From positions 36,368 to 100,367 of the forward strand of contig CAITUV010000019.1 in the NCBI GenBank assembly GCA_903895725.1: 64,000 nt of DNA, in the 5' to 3' direction. This document shows positions 9,003 through 18,415 of the stretch, piece by piece. This stretch comes from an uncultured Myxococcales bacterium. Lineage in GTDB: Bacteria; Myxococcota_A; UBA9042; CAIXZC01. Each line of letters opens with the position of its first letter. Within the stretch, counting starts at the first letter, position 1. The notes under the pieces are model-generated. The model saw nothing but the letters and a program-made list of their open reading frames with translations. It was not told the origin of the DNA and did no database searches. Made by a program: the position numbers and the translations under genes.

Positions 9003-11687
9003 CTACTCCACCCTCACCTGCATCTCGAACGTCCTGCTTTCGCCCGGTTCGAAGTGCAGCTTGCCGGTCCAGACCTCGGCTTCGAGCTCGTTGAGGGAAG
9101 CCGGATAGGAGTAGAGCCAGGTGTGCTCGAACTGGCCGGCATCGAAAGTCTGCGTGAGGGTGAGGCCCTTGTCACCGGTGAAGGTCCAGCTTCCGTTGGG
9201 CATGTCCTGATCGTAGAAGGCGATCCCTTCCCTCATGTTGGTGATGATCTGGGCCATGTCGGGCTCGACCTTCTTGCCGGACAGGTCGTCGAAGTGGACC
9301 GCGGTGGTGTGGATGTCGCCCAGATTCAGCTCGAGATGGAATCGGAAGCGATCTTCACGGGCGCCGTCCGAAGGATTGGTGGCCTTGGTCGTGACCGTCA
9401 GGACGGGCTCTGCCGCGTCCAGGGTGAAGGTGCGCTGGAGCTGGTAGCCGTTGAGCGTGCTCTGGGACACGGTGACGGACAGCGGGGCGGCGGACACGAC
9501 GGTCGCAGGCTCGACCCAGCCGTACGCCTCGAAGAAGCCGCCGATGCGGTCCTCCACTCCGCCGGCAAAGGGGAAGAACAGGTTGGGAATCACATTGTGA
9601 GCCGTGACGACCTTGCCCGTCGGCTTGTGCACGATGCGCAGAGCACGACCGCCCAGCGAAGGCACAACCTCGACCTGCAACAGAGGATTCTCGATGACCT
9701 TGAGCGGCAGCGGTGAGGCCACCAGGGAGTAGACGAGCGCCAGCAGCTCGACGCTTCCACCCACTTCCCGCAACGTCGTGAAGCCGTGTGCGGCCATGCG
9801 GTCGAGGAACTCGGTCACCTCCGCTGCCGTCGCAACGGGGCCTTTCCACTTGAGCTTGCCCTCCAGCAGCTCGTATCCGTTCCGAGGGAAGATGCGGGCA
9901 TACGTGAGCGGCATCCGGGCGACTTTGACCCGCTCGAGCAGCTCGGCATCGTCCTTGACCGCGGCCTCGGCCTGGTCGAACGACACGGCGGCCTTGTCCA
10001 TCACCTCGTTGGACAGGTATCCCTGCCCCGGATTGGTGTAGAGGTGCATGTGGATGTCCTTGTCTGTCACCTCGTCGTGGAGCATCTCGACGTAGTCCTC
10101 GATGGGCTTGCCCGCGGCCCCGTAATACCCTTCGAGAAAGTCCCGTCGCAGCGCGACCGGATCCTGGTCCGGATCCCACAGCAGCTTCATCCCATACCAG
10201 GGGCGAAGCAGGGAGAACTCGCCACCGCCGCCGGACTGGCCCATGCCCTGGAGGTAGATCCCCTCGACCCCGATGTCCCGGTAGAAGCGCATGTCCGCGG
10301 ACATGGCCCGGAAGTTCGGGAACGGGTTGTAGTAGTGCGTGAAGTCGGTGACGTAGTGCCAGACATAGAGGTGCTGCGTCAGCTTCGACCATGCCTGCGC
10401 CCGCCCCTTGTACGCGGCGTTGAGCGGACAGCTGTCGATGGGATGGCTGTCGCACGAGGGATACATGTGGCACAGCCAGACCGCAGCGTTCGGGTGCATT
10501 TCGAGCCCGTTGGGAGGGTCCTCGGTGTACATGTACGCCAGCGTCCCGATGAGCTTGTCCGGGTAGGTCTGGGTGGTTCGCTTGAGCAGCTCGTTGACGA
10601 ACCAGAACTGAGTACCTCCGTTGGTCCCGTACTTTTCGTTCATGGCCCGGCACTTGTCGCACTGGCAGTAGTTGTAGTGGTCGGCCTGCGAGAAGTTGTG
10701 CTGTCTTGCATCGGGCTTGTCCGCCATGCGCTGGAGCATTCTCTCCGTGACGATGTCGAGCACGTCCGGGTTGGTCAAACAGAGCTGGGTTTCGTCCTTG
10801 AGCCGCTTGCCGCCGACCTCGGAGAAGTACTCGGGGTGCGTGTCGTAGAACTCCTCCGGGCTCACGTACCAGAAGTAGCTATGCGCCCTGCCGTCGTGGT
10901 CGTGCTGGATGCCCCAAGGGTTGTCGGCAAGACCCTTGCCTGAGTTGTCAGACTGGCGAGTGCGGAAGGGCTCGTCACCACCGGGCCACTCGTAGGACGT
11001 GTGACGCCACAGGAATGCGGGCCTGACGAGCCGGTCGGTCGGCGGGATCTCGACATCGGCAACCGACGGGGTCCTGGTCACCCCCGGGGCGTACCACCGC
11101 ACCCCCAGGTGGTCCTCGAGGAAGCGGTGCACGCCATAGAGGGTTCCGGCCGCTCCAGTCCCTGCAATGACGATGTGCGGGGGCACGGTCCGGATCACGT
11201 ACCCCTGCTCTCCCAGCTCCTCGTCGGACGGCGCCACGCCCAGCGCTGCGGCCAGAGGGCCCCTGCCCAGGACGATCATGGGAGCCGCGTCATCGCCCCC
11301 CGTGTCGGCCTGATCCGTCATCACGGGCAGGTCCAAACCGGAGCAGGCGAGGAAATGGGTGCGCAGCTCTTCTGCTGCCTGAATTTCCGAAGGGCTGGCC
11401 CCTGGCTGCAATGCGATCCGATGGTCGGACTTTCCTGCCTGGAGCAGGACGACCGGCTCGCCGGTCACCACGTCTCCTCCGCTGAGGTCAGCAAGGAACT
11501 CTCGGGCGTCGAGGCCCCGGTTCTCCGGCCCCGGGAGGTCGGCCTGGGTTGCGTCCTTCCCCTGAACGTCGGGGCCGCTCCCCCCTCCGCCGCTTCCGCA
11601 GCCGGCAGCCAACAGGGACGCCAGGAGAATCCCCGGCAGCACAGCCGTCCCGGCCCGCGCAACTCCATCCCCTCGAAGTCGTGTCAT
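9003..11687 (-). CDS. DUF4838-like (GH20-related) lipoprotein, possibly a glycoside hydrolase.
   Basis: Lipoprotein signal MTRLRGDG...LLASLLAAGCGSGG at the third in-frame ATG (11687); the track ORF extends to 11741. Large alpha/beta-domain protein with a RWYAPG motif. The family assignment rests on weak motif recall. Confidence 0.5.
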   Translation of the reverse strand: MTRLRGDGVARAGTAVLPGILLASLLAAGCGSGGGGSGPDVQGKDATQADLPGPENRGLDAREFLADLSGGDVVTGEPVVLLQAGKSDHRIALQPGASPSEIQAAEELRTHFLACSGLDLPVMTDQADTGGDDAAPMIVLGRGPLAAALGVAPSDEELGEQGYVIRTVPPHIVIAGTGAAGTLYGVHRFLEDHLGVRWYAPGVTRTPSVADVEIPPTDRLVRPAFLWRHTSYEWPGGDEPFRTRQSDNSGKGLADNPWGIQHDHDGRAHSYFWYVSPEEFYDTHPEYFSEVGGKRLKDETQLCLTNPDVLDIVTERMLQRMADKPDARQHNFSQADHYNYCQCDKCRAMNEKYGTNGGTQFWFVNELLKRTTQTYPDKLIGTLAYMYTEDPPNGLEMHPNAAVWLCHMYPSCDSHPIDSCPLNAAYKGRAQAWSKLTQHLYVWHYVTDFTHYYNPFPNFRAMSADMRFYRDIGVEGIYLQGMGQSGGGGEFSLLRPWYGMKLLWDPDQDPVALRRDFLEGYYGAAGKPIEDYVEMLHDEVTDKDIHMHLYTNPGQGYLSNEVMDKAAVSFDQAEAAVKDDAELLERVKVARMPLTYARIFPRNGYELLEGKLKWKGPVATAAEVTEFLDRMAAHGFTTLREVGGSVELLALVYSLVASPLPLKVIENPLLQVEVVPSLGGRALRIVHKPTGKVVTAHNVIPNLFFPFAGGVEDRIGGFFEAYGWVEPATVVSAAPLSVTVSQSTLNGYQLQRTFTLDAAEPVLTVTTKATNPSDGAREDRFRFHLELNLGDIHTTAVHFDDLSGKKVEPDMAQIITNMREGIAFYDQDMPNGSWTFTGDKGLTLTQTFDAGQFEHTWLYSYPASLNELEAEVWTGKLHFEPGESRTFEMQVRVE

Positions 11688-11814
11688 CCGATGCCCGTTG
11701 ATGCTCATGCCTCCCTCCGAACTGCCGTGGCAGACCCGCACCCCTGCCGGGTCCGTCCACTCTCGTCGATTGCCTCGGGCCGCCGCTTCGCCGAACCGGC
11801 CTTGGCGAGCGGTC

Positions 11815-13404
11815 CTACCGTCTCCAGAACGACGGGCTGAACAGAACCAGAATCGTGTAGATCTCGAGACGCCCGGCGATCATGTTGAACATGAGCACCC
11901 ACTTGCCCGCCTCGGGGACCGAGTGGTAGTTGACTGCGGGGCCCACCGCGCCCAGGCCGGGACCGACGTTGCCGATGCAGGCTGCCACTGCCGACGTTGC
12001 GGTCACGATGTCGAGCCCCATGAGCGCCAGGGCGAGCGACGACAGCACAAAGGTCCCGACGAACAGGGCGACCACGCCCAGGATGGCAAACACCTTCTCG
12101 TCCTTGATCACCTGGTGGCCGGTTCGAATCGTCGGCACCACCCGAGGCTGGGCGACGCGAAGCAGCTCACGAACCGCTGCCTTCAGCGTCACCTGGAGGC
12201 GGACGACCTTGATACCCCCACCCGTGCTGCCCGCACACCCGCCGATGAACATGAGCACCACCAGAAGAAGCTGTGCGCCTGGAGCCCATAGAGCGAAGTC
12301 CGCGGTCATGAAGCCGGTCGTCGTCATGATGGAGACGACCTGGAACGCCGCATGGCGAACGGTCTCCAGCGCACCCCACCCCAGATTCAGGGAGACGAGC
12401 ACGGCTGCCAGCACAGCCGTGCTGCACAGCACGATAACCGTGTAGGCCCGGAATTCCGAATCGTGCAGATGGGCCAGCGACCTCTTGAAGACGAGCGTCC
12501 AGTGCAGCGTGAAGTTGGCCCCGGCCAGGAACATGAACAGGATGATCACCCACTGAGCGTAAGGGGTCAGAGATCCAGCGCTTGCGGTCAGCGTGGAGAA
12601 CCCACCGGTAGCCATGGTGGCGCACGTGTGGCACGCAGCGTTGAACAGGTCCATTCCCCCGGCCGTGAGCGCGAGCACCTGGGCGACGGACATGCCGGCG
12701 TAGACCCACCAGAGCATCCGGGCCGTGTCCGCAATGTGCGGGCTGAGCCGGTCCTTGCTCGGTCCAGGCACTTCGGCCCGCATCAGGTGCACGCCACCGA
12801 CTCCCACCAGTGCCAGGACGGTAACGGCGAGCACCAGGATGCCCATTCCACCGAGCCAGTGGATGAGCGACCGCCAGAGAAGAAGCCCCCTCGGCAGCGC
12901 CGGTTTGCCGAAGGATGTAGGGGAATCCGTGGCATCCCACAGCCCCACCCGGATGACGGAGGCCCCCGTCGTCGTGAAGCCGGAGATCGACTCGAACATC
13001 GCGTCCGCCGGGTTGCAGAACTCCCGCCCCGGATGAAGTGCCTCCACGGGCAGGTCGCACACGGCAGCACCGGCAGGTGCTTCGGGCACCCACTGGGGAT
13101 CCACGGGCAGGAGCTGAGCAAACAGGAAGAACGGTAGTGCCCCGGCAATCGAGGCGAACAGCCACCCGAGTGCCGTCGCCAGGTAGCCGTCCCGTTGGGT
13201 GAGCCGACGCCCCTCCCTCCCCGACCGGGTTGCCAGGTACAGGGCGCCGCCCACTGCCAGCGCCACGACCATGGACAGCCCCAGTGCCAGGCGGTCCTGC
13301 GTCCCGTCGGCCAGTGCCAGCAGGGTGGGAACCCCCAGCACCACCCCGAGGATGAGCAACAGCACCGCCTGGATGTGGAAGACCGTCCTCAGGTGCATGG
13401 TCAA
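11815..13404 (-). CDS. trkH: Potassium uptake protein TrkH (Trk/Ktr/HKT family).
   Basis: 529 aa polytopic membrane protein with repeated selectivity-filter-like motifs (TTGF, MTTTGF, GGCAGSTGGGIKV). Confidence 0.85.
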   Translation of the reverse strand: MTMHLRTVFHIQAVLLLILGVVLGVPTLLALADGTQDRLALGLSMVVALAVGGALYLATRSGREGRRLTQRDGYLATALGWLFASIAGALPFFLFAQLLPVDPQWVPEAPAGAAVCDLPVEALHPGREFCNPADAMFESISGFTTTGASVIRVGLWDATDSPTSFGKPALPRGLLLWRSLIHWLGGMGILVLAVTVLALVGVGGVHLMRAEVPGPSKDRLSPHIADTARMLWWVYAGMSVAQVLALTAGGMDLFNAACHTCATMATGGFSTLTASAGSLTPYAQWVIILFMFLAGANFTLHWTLVFKRSLAHLHDSEFRAYTVIVLCSTAVLAAVLVSLNLGWGALETVRHAAFQVVSIMTTTGFMTADFALWAPGAQLLLVVLMFIGGCAGSTGGGIKVVRLQVTLKAAVRELLRVAQPRVVPTIRTGHQVIKDEKVFAILGVVALFVGTFVLSSLALALMGLDIVTATSAVAACIGNVGPGLGAVGPAVNYHSVPEAGKWVLMFNMIAGRLEIYTILVLFSPSFWRR

Positions 13405-13405
13405 C

Positions 13406-14779
13406 CTACTTCAGGTCCGGATCCATCAGCCGCTCCAGCGCCCCCATCGAGCCCCGCCGGCAGAACACGACCATCCGGTCTCCCGCCTGGATTGTATCTC
13501 CACCGCGGGGAATGCGGATCTCGCCGTCCCGGATGATGAGCGTGGCCAGCGACCCCTTGGGAAATCGAGCATCCTTGAGCGGAACTTCCACAAGCGGCGA
13601 CCCCTTCGGCACCACCAGCTCCAGCGCCTCGGCATCCTCGCCGGCAAACAGGTGGACGTCGAGCACCTTGAGGTTGTGGATTGCGCGAAGCACCTGGGCC
13701 GCAGCGATGTCGAAGGGATTGAGGACCACGCCGTCGTGAACCGACTTGATCATCCTCATGAAGTCGAATCGCTGAGTGACCGTGACGGTGCGCTGGGTCC
13801 CCAGCTTGCGGGCCATCATCGCGGTCAGCACGTTGACCGCCTCGCTCTTGGACGCGGCCACGTACGTATCGATCCCCTCGGCCAGAATGTCGGCCAGGTC
13901 TTCAAGCTCCGTGCAGTCCGCGTGCAGGACGGTGGCCCTTTCGAGCCGCTCCGAGGCCTCCCTGGCCTGCATCTCCTTGGGAATCATGAGCCGCGTCCTG
14001 AACCCGGCCTCCGACAGCACTTCCGCAATCCGAATCGAGTTCTCACCGCCGCCGGCCACAAGCACCGAGCGTGCCGCCTGCTCATCGGGCCGGATCCACG
14101 CACAAAGGTCGTCGAGGCGCTCCCGCAGCGTCACGAAATACGCCAGGTCCCCGGCAGCCAGCACGTCGTTGCCGCCCGGGATGATCACCTTCTGCCGGTT
14201 TCCCCCGGGTCCCGGCGGACGCAACAGGGCACCGATGACGAAGTCCAGCCGACTGCGGTGCTCCGCAAGCTTGGCCACGGTCTGTCCGTCCAGCGGCCCA
14301 CCGGCCCTGACCCGGAACGCCACCACCACCACCCGGCCGCCCTCGAACTGGAGCACGTCGTAAGCCCCGGGAATCTCGAGGAGACGCCGGATCTTATCGG
14401 CCAGCAGCCCTTCCGGATTGATCACGATGTCCAGACCGAACCGGGCATGAAGCGACGGGTCGGCCAGGTAGGCCCGATTCCGAATCCGCCCGATACGCGT
14501 GGCATCCTTGGGCAGGTACTGCGACGCGATGGAGACCGCCATCATGTTCGTCTCGTCGGCATCGGTGACGGCGATGAAGAGCTCCGTCCTGTCCAGGCCG
14601 AGGCTGCGCAGCAGCTCCGGATCCGCACCGGAACCGAGCCGCGTCTCGACGTCGAGCTCATCCGCCAGCGTGGAGATGGCCTGCTCGAGGATGTCCACCA
14701 CCACGACGTCGTGGTCCGCGGACAGGCTTCGCGCAAGGTTCGAGCCGATCTCTCCGGCTCCGATGATCACGATTCGCAA
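13406..14779 (-). CDS. trkA: Potassium uptake protein TrkA (NAD-binding), TTG start.
   Basis: Two Rossmann-type KTN domains (RIVIIGAGEIG; VLVAGGGENSIRIAEVL). TTG at 14779 is preceded by GGAGG at -9 and gives M-RIVIIGAG. The longer track ORF to 14860 was rejected. Confidence 0.85.
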   Translation of the reverse strand: MRIVIIGAGEIGSNLARSLSADHDVVVVDILEQAISTLADELDVETRLGSGADPELLRSLGLDRTELFIAVTDADETNMMAVSIASQYLPKDATRIGRIRNRAYLADPSLHARFGLDIVINPEGLLADKIRRLLEIPGAYDVLQFEGGRVVVVAFRVRAGGPLDGQTVAKLAEHRSRLDFVIGALLRPPGPGGNRQKVIIPGGNDVLAAGDLAYFVTLRERLDDLCAWIRPDEQAARSVLVAGGGENSIRIAEVLSEAGFRTRLMIPKEMQAREASERLERATVLHADCTELEDLADILAEGIDTYVAASKSEAVNVLTAMMARKLGTQRTVTVTQRFDFMRMIKSVHDGVVLNPFDIAAAQVLRAIHNLKVLDVHLFAGEDAEALELVVPKGSPLVEVPLKDARFPKGSLATLIIRDGEIRIPRGGDTIQAGDRMVVFCRRGSMGALERLMDPDLK

Positions 14780-14896
14780 GTTGACCTCCAGCCCCCTCCT
14801 GGGAGTCGGCCGATCATAGGGTGCAACCGGGTCCGGAGTCAATCGCGCCCTCAAAGCCATTGTTGCCGAGGGCGCGGGCGGGTAGAATGTGCCCGG

Positions 14897-16453
14897 ATGG
14901 AGGGTCCCATGCGTCTCCTCGTTTGCGGTCTCGTGTCGGTTCTGCTGTCGGTCCTGGTGGCTTCATGCGGCAATGACTCGGGCTCAGGCCCGAGCCTGTT
15001 CGATGCGGCTCACCAGGACGCTGGTTCGGAATCCTCGGTTACCCCTCCGGAAGACGATGCGGCGCAGCCCGAAGAGCTTCCCGCTCCCCCACCGGAATTC
15101 CCCGAGGACTTCTCCGTCGCGTTTGTCTACAAGGGCATCGTGCCGGGGGAGAACGACCAGAAGAGCGACCTCTACCTTGTGACCAGCAAGGGCAACAACC
15201 CCATGGCTCCCGAGGTTGAATCCCCCATAGCGCTCACCGGCTTTGCCATCGACCCGAACGAATGCCAGCTCGTCCTCGAGAAGGCCCCGGACGGCACCCC
15301 GCTCTCCACGGCCCCGTGCTCGTGCCACCTCGGATGCGTGGTGGATGAATCGCTGACCTGGATCGCGGTCACCGTCGAGAAGCCCTCCGACGTCGGCTTC
15401 GCCTTCCAGGTCGGGAAGTTCAATGCGGACCTCCAGGTCAAGATGGTCAAGGGTGCCGTGTTCAAGAACATCGTCGACATGGCGTTTGCCGGCGGCTACC
15501 TCTACTTCTCGAGCACGCAGTACTGCTCCGACACGGGGTGCAAATTCCTGGTGTACCGCTATGACCTGGAGAACATCCCGGCACCGCAGTCGCTGTTCCT
15601 CATCCCCCCGGACGACGATCAGGATTACAAGGACGGCCAGGCGACGACCGACGGCCACTTCACGGCCAGCGACGACGGCAAGACACTGGCGTTCCTCTCC
15701 CCGACCATTCGAAGCCAGCGCGTCTACGTCTGGCGCAACGAGGTCGTCAAGGAGCTGGACTACCAGTGCCCCGGCGGCATGCAGGGGGACCACTGCACCG
15801 GGTCAGGCTCCGAGTTCTCGGACCTCGATCCGCTGGCTCTGACCCCGAGCGGCAAGCGGCTGGCCTGGTTCTCCCGGATCAAGGACAGGCTGGTGCTGAG
15901 GATGTACGATACCGACGGTGGAAACGTGAAGGAGCAGGTGCTCATCGACACGGAGGGCCAGGACTACCCGGCTGCCTCGTGCGCCCAGCTCGGGGCCGAT
16001 CCCTGGAAGTTCAACAAGGTCACCAACCCGCTCTTCACTCCCGATGCCCAGACCCTGCTCTTCGTGGCCAGCTCCAACTGTGATCCGTCCAAGAAGCCGT
16101 TCACGGACATCGTGAGCATCCCGGTCGACCGAATCGGCGACGGCCCGCTGACTGCCAACACGCTCATCGACATCACCGACAACCCGAGGACCAACGGGGT
16201 CGACAACGCGGTCATCGATGCCTTCGACGTCTCCCCGGACGGCGGGAACGTGGTCTACACTGCGTCTCCCGTCTACGGCCAGGACAAGCAGACCATGCTC
16301 CCGGACACCTCGGCCAAGGCCAAGCAGTCCCGGGAGCTGTGGGTGGCGGCCATCGACGGCTCGCAGAAACGGCAGATCACCTTCAACCAGAAGCAGAGCG
16401 CTGTCTGGCTCAAGGCCATCGTCACGCCGAAGGTCCCTTCCTCAAATCCTTGA
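14897..16453 (+). CDS. Lipoprotein with TolB-like beta-propeller repeats. Alternative start is ATG 14909.
   Basis: Signal MRLLVCGLVSVLLSVLVASCGN. Repeated DGKTLAF, SGKRLAW, DAQTLLF and DGGNVVY segments. Shares a frame with track ORF 13199..16453, whose 5' part overlaps trkA antisense and was rejected. Confidence 0.55.
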   Translation: MEGPMRLLVCGLVSVLLSVLVASCGNDSGSGPSLFDAAHQDAGSESSVTPPEDDAAQPEELPAPPPEFPEDFSVAFVYKGIVPGENDQKSDLYLVTSKGNNPMAPEVESPIALTGFAIDPNECQLVLEKAPDGTPLSTAPCSCHLGCVVDESLTWIAVTVEKPSDVGFAFQVGKFNADLQVKMVKGAVFKNIVDMAFAGGYLYFSSTQYCSDTGCKFLVYRYDLENIPAPQSLFLIPPDDDQDYKDGQATTDGHFTASDDGKTLAFLSPTIRSQRVYVWRNEVVKELDYQCPGGMQGDHCTGSGSEFSDLDPLALTPSGKRLAWFSRIKDRLVLRMYDTDGGNVKEQVLIDTEGQDYPAASCAQLGADPWKFNKVTNPLFTPDAQTLLFVASSNCDPSKKPFTDIVSIPVDRIGDGPLTANTLIDITDNPRTNGVDNAVIDAFDVSPDGGNVVYTASPVYGQDKQTMLPDTSAKAKQSRELWVAAIDGSQKRQITFNQKQSAVWLKAIVTPKVPSSNP

Positions 16454-16497
16454 TCTTGCCCCCACGCGCGGTGTATGGTTCGGCACCGGAGGTGCCC

Positions 16498-17823
16498 ATG
16501 GGCAACGGAATCTCGGAGGCCATCAAGCTGGCCGGAGTCGTTGGAGCGGGAGGTGCCGGCTTCCCCACGCACGTGAAGGCGGACAGCCGGGTCGACACGG
16601 TCATCGCCAACGGGTCGGAGTGCGAGCCCCTTCTCCACTCGGACCAGGCGTTGATGCTCGAATACCCCAAGGAGATCATCGCAGGCCTGGAGCAGATGAT
16701 GCAGGCCACAGGAGCGACCCGGGGCATCCTCGCTCTCAAGGGGAAGTACAAGGAGCAGGTGGCTGCGTTCCGCACGCTGCTGCCCGCACATCCCGACGTG
16801 ACCATCGTCGAGCTCGGCAACTTCTACCCCTCGGGGGACGAGCAGTCGATGGTCTACGAATGCACCGGGCGCATCGTGCCGGAGGGCGGTATTCCGCTCA
16901 ACGTCGGCGTGGTCGTCGACAACGTCGAGACGCTCTACAACGTGTTCCAGGCCATGAAAGGGATTCCGGTCACGGACCGGACGGTCACCCTCATCGGAGA
17001 AGTTCGAATCCCCGGAATCTACCGGTTCCCCATCGGCACCACGGTGGCTGAGGCCGTCCGGATTGCGGGCGGGACCAGCGTGCCCAATGTGGCCGTCATC
17101 GACGGCGGCCCCATGATGGGGCGCATCACCTTCGGGCTGGACGGCGTGATTCGAAAGACCACCTCGGGCCTGATCGTCCTGCCAGCGGACCACCCCTTCG
17201 TGATTCGCCGGACGCTACCGGTCAACATGGAGCTTCTGCGAACGGTTTCCATGTGCTGCCAGTGCAGGGAGTGCACGGACCTGTGCCCCCGGTACCAGCT
17301 CGGTCACGACCTCGAGCCCCACAAGGTCATGCGGGCAGTAATCACGCGAAGCCAGGAGCCGCCGTACCAGATCACCCAGGCGCACATCTGCTGCCTGTGC
17401 GGGATTTGCGAGACGATTGCGTGCCCGCTCGGGCTGTCTCCCCGGAACGTGTTCGCCATGGTGCGCAAGGAGCTGGCGGCCAAGGGGGTGAAGAATCCGC
17501 ATCACCGCAAGCCGGAACAGGTCCGTACGTCCCATGCGTTCACGAAGATCCCCAAGGAGCGGGCCCTGGCGAGAACGGGTCTGACTCCGTACGACGGCCA
17601 CCCGCCGTATCGGGGACAGGTGGCGGGCATCCGGCATGTCGAGCTGCTCCTGTCTCAGCACATCGGAGCACCTGCCAAGCCGACGGTGCGAGAAGGGGAC
17701 TTCGTCAACCGGGGAGACCGTGTGGCCGTGCCTCCGGACGGGGCCCTTTCCGCAGCCATTCACGCAAGCATCAGCGGCCGAGTCGCTGCCGTAGCCGGCG
17801 ACCGAATCGTGATCGAGGGGTAG
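16498..17823 (+). CDS. pduS: PduS/RnfC-family flavo-iron-sulfur oxidoreductase (PduS-like).
   Basis: N-terminal GVVGAGGAGFPTHVK ... ANGSECEP nucleotide-binding motif plus two CxxCxxCxxxCP ferredoxin motifs (CCQCRECTDLCP; CCLCGICETIACP). GGAGG RBS before ATG 16498. Confidence 0.75.
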   Translation: MGNGISEAIKLAGVVGAGGAGFPTHVKADSRVDTVIANGSECEPLLHSDQALMLEYPKEIIAGLEQMMQATGATRGILALKGKYKEQVAAFRTLLPAHPDVTIVELGNFYPSGDEQSMVYECTGRIVPEGGIPLNVGVVVDNVETLYNVFQAMKGIPVTDRTVTLIGEVRIPGIYRFPIGTTVAEAVRIAGGTSVPNVAVIDGGPMMGRITFGLDGVIRKTTSGLIVLPADHPFVIRRTLPVNMELLRTVSMCCQCRECTDLCPRYQLGHDLEPHKVMRAVITRSQEPPYQITQAHICCLCGICETIACPLGLSPRNVFAMVRKELAAKGVKNPHHRKPEQVRTSHAFTKIPKERALARTGLTPYDGHPPYRGQVAGIRHVELLLSQHIGAPAKPTVREGDFVNRGDRVAVPPDGALSAAIHASISGRVAAVAGDRIVIEG

Positions 17824-17824
17824 C

Positions 17825-18373
17825 ATGAACCACCCGGCAATCGGAATCGTGGAGCTCAACAGTCTGGCCCGTGGAACCGTGGTGACCGACGCCATGGCCA
17901 AGAGGGCCCCCATCGAGATCCTGGACAGCCACGCCATCTGCCCCGGCAAGTTCCTCATCATCGTAGCCGGCCAGGTGGACGACATCCGGGAGGCCATGGA
18001 TGCCGGCCGACACTACGGCGGCTATACCATGACCGATTCGATCATCATCGAGAACCTGCACGGCCAGGTGCTTCCCGCGATCCAGGGGGCCAACCCCGTT
18101 CCGGACATCACGTCGGTCGGACTGCTCGAGACCTGGGCCAGCCCCTCCTGCGTGATCGCTGCCGATGCTGCGTGCAAGGCAGCCCAGATCACGCTCATCG
18201 AGGTGCGGCTCGCCAATGGGCTGGGGGGCAAGGCCTTCATGACTCTCACCGGCGAGCTGCACGAAGTCGAGGCCGCCATGACTGCGGCCGTGGCTGCCGT
18301 AACCTCGGGCCAGCTCATCCGACATGAGATCATCCCGGCCCCTCACGCAAGCGTCAAACCCACACTGTTCTGA
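17825..18373 (+). CDS. pduT: Tandem BMC-domain shell protein, PduT-like (BMC-T).
   Basis: 182 aa with two BMC-fold segments (AIGIVELNSLARGTVVTDAMAKRAPIEI... and VGLLETWASPSCVIAADAACKAAQITLIEV...) and an ICPGKF cysteine matching the PduT Fe-S ligand position. Starts 2 nt after the pduS-like stop. Confidence 0.7.
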   Translation: MNHPAIGIVELNSLARGTVVTDAMAKRAPIEILDSHAICPGKFLIIVAGQVDDIREAMDAGRHYGGYTMTDSIIIENLHGQVLPAIQGANPVPDITSVGLLETWASPSCVIAADAACKAAQITLIEVRLANGLGGKAFMTLTGELHEVEAAMTAAVAAVTSGQLIRHEIIPAPHASVKPTLF

Positions 18374-18415
18374 GAGCGTGTAGCGCCAGGAGCGCTCCGC
18401 ATACGGCGGGAAAGC

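Noticed and set aside
13199-14896. 5' part of track ORF 13199..16453 (+).
   Set aside because: It lies antisense to trkA and encodes low-complexity sequence. The real gene starts at the lipoprotein signal (ATG 14897 or 14909).
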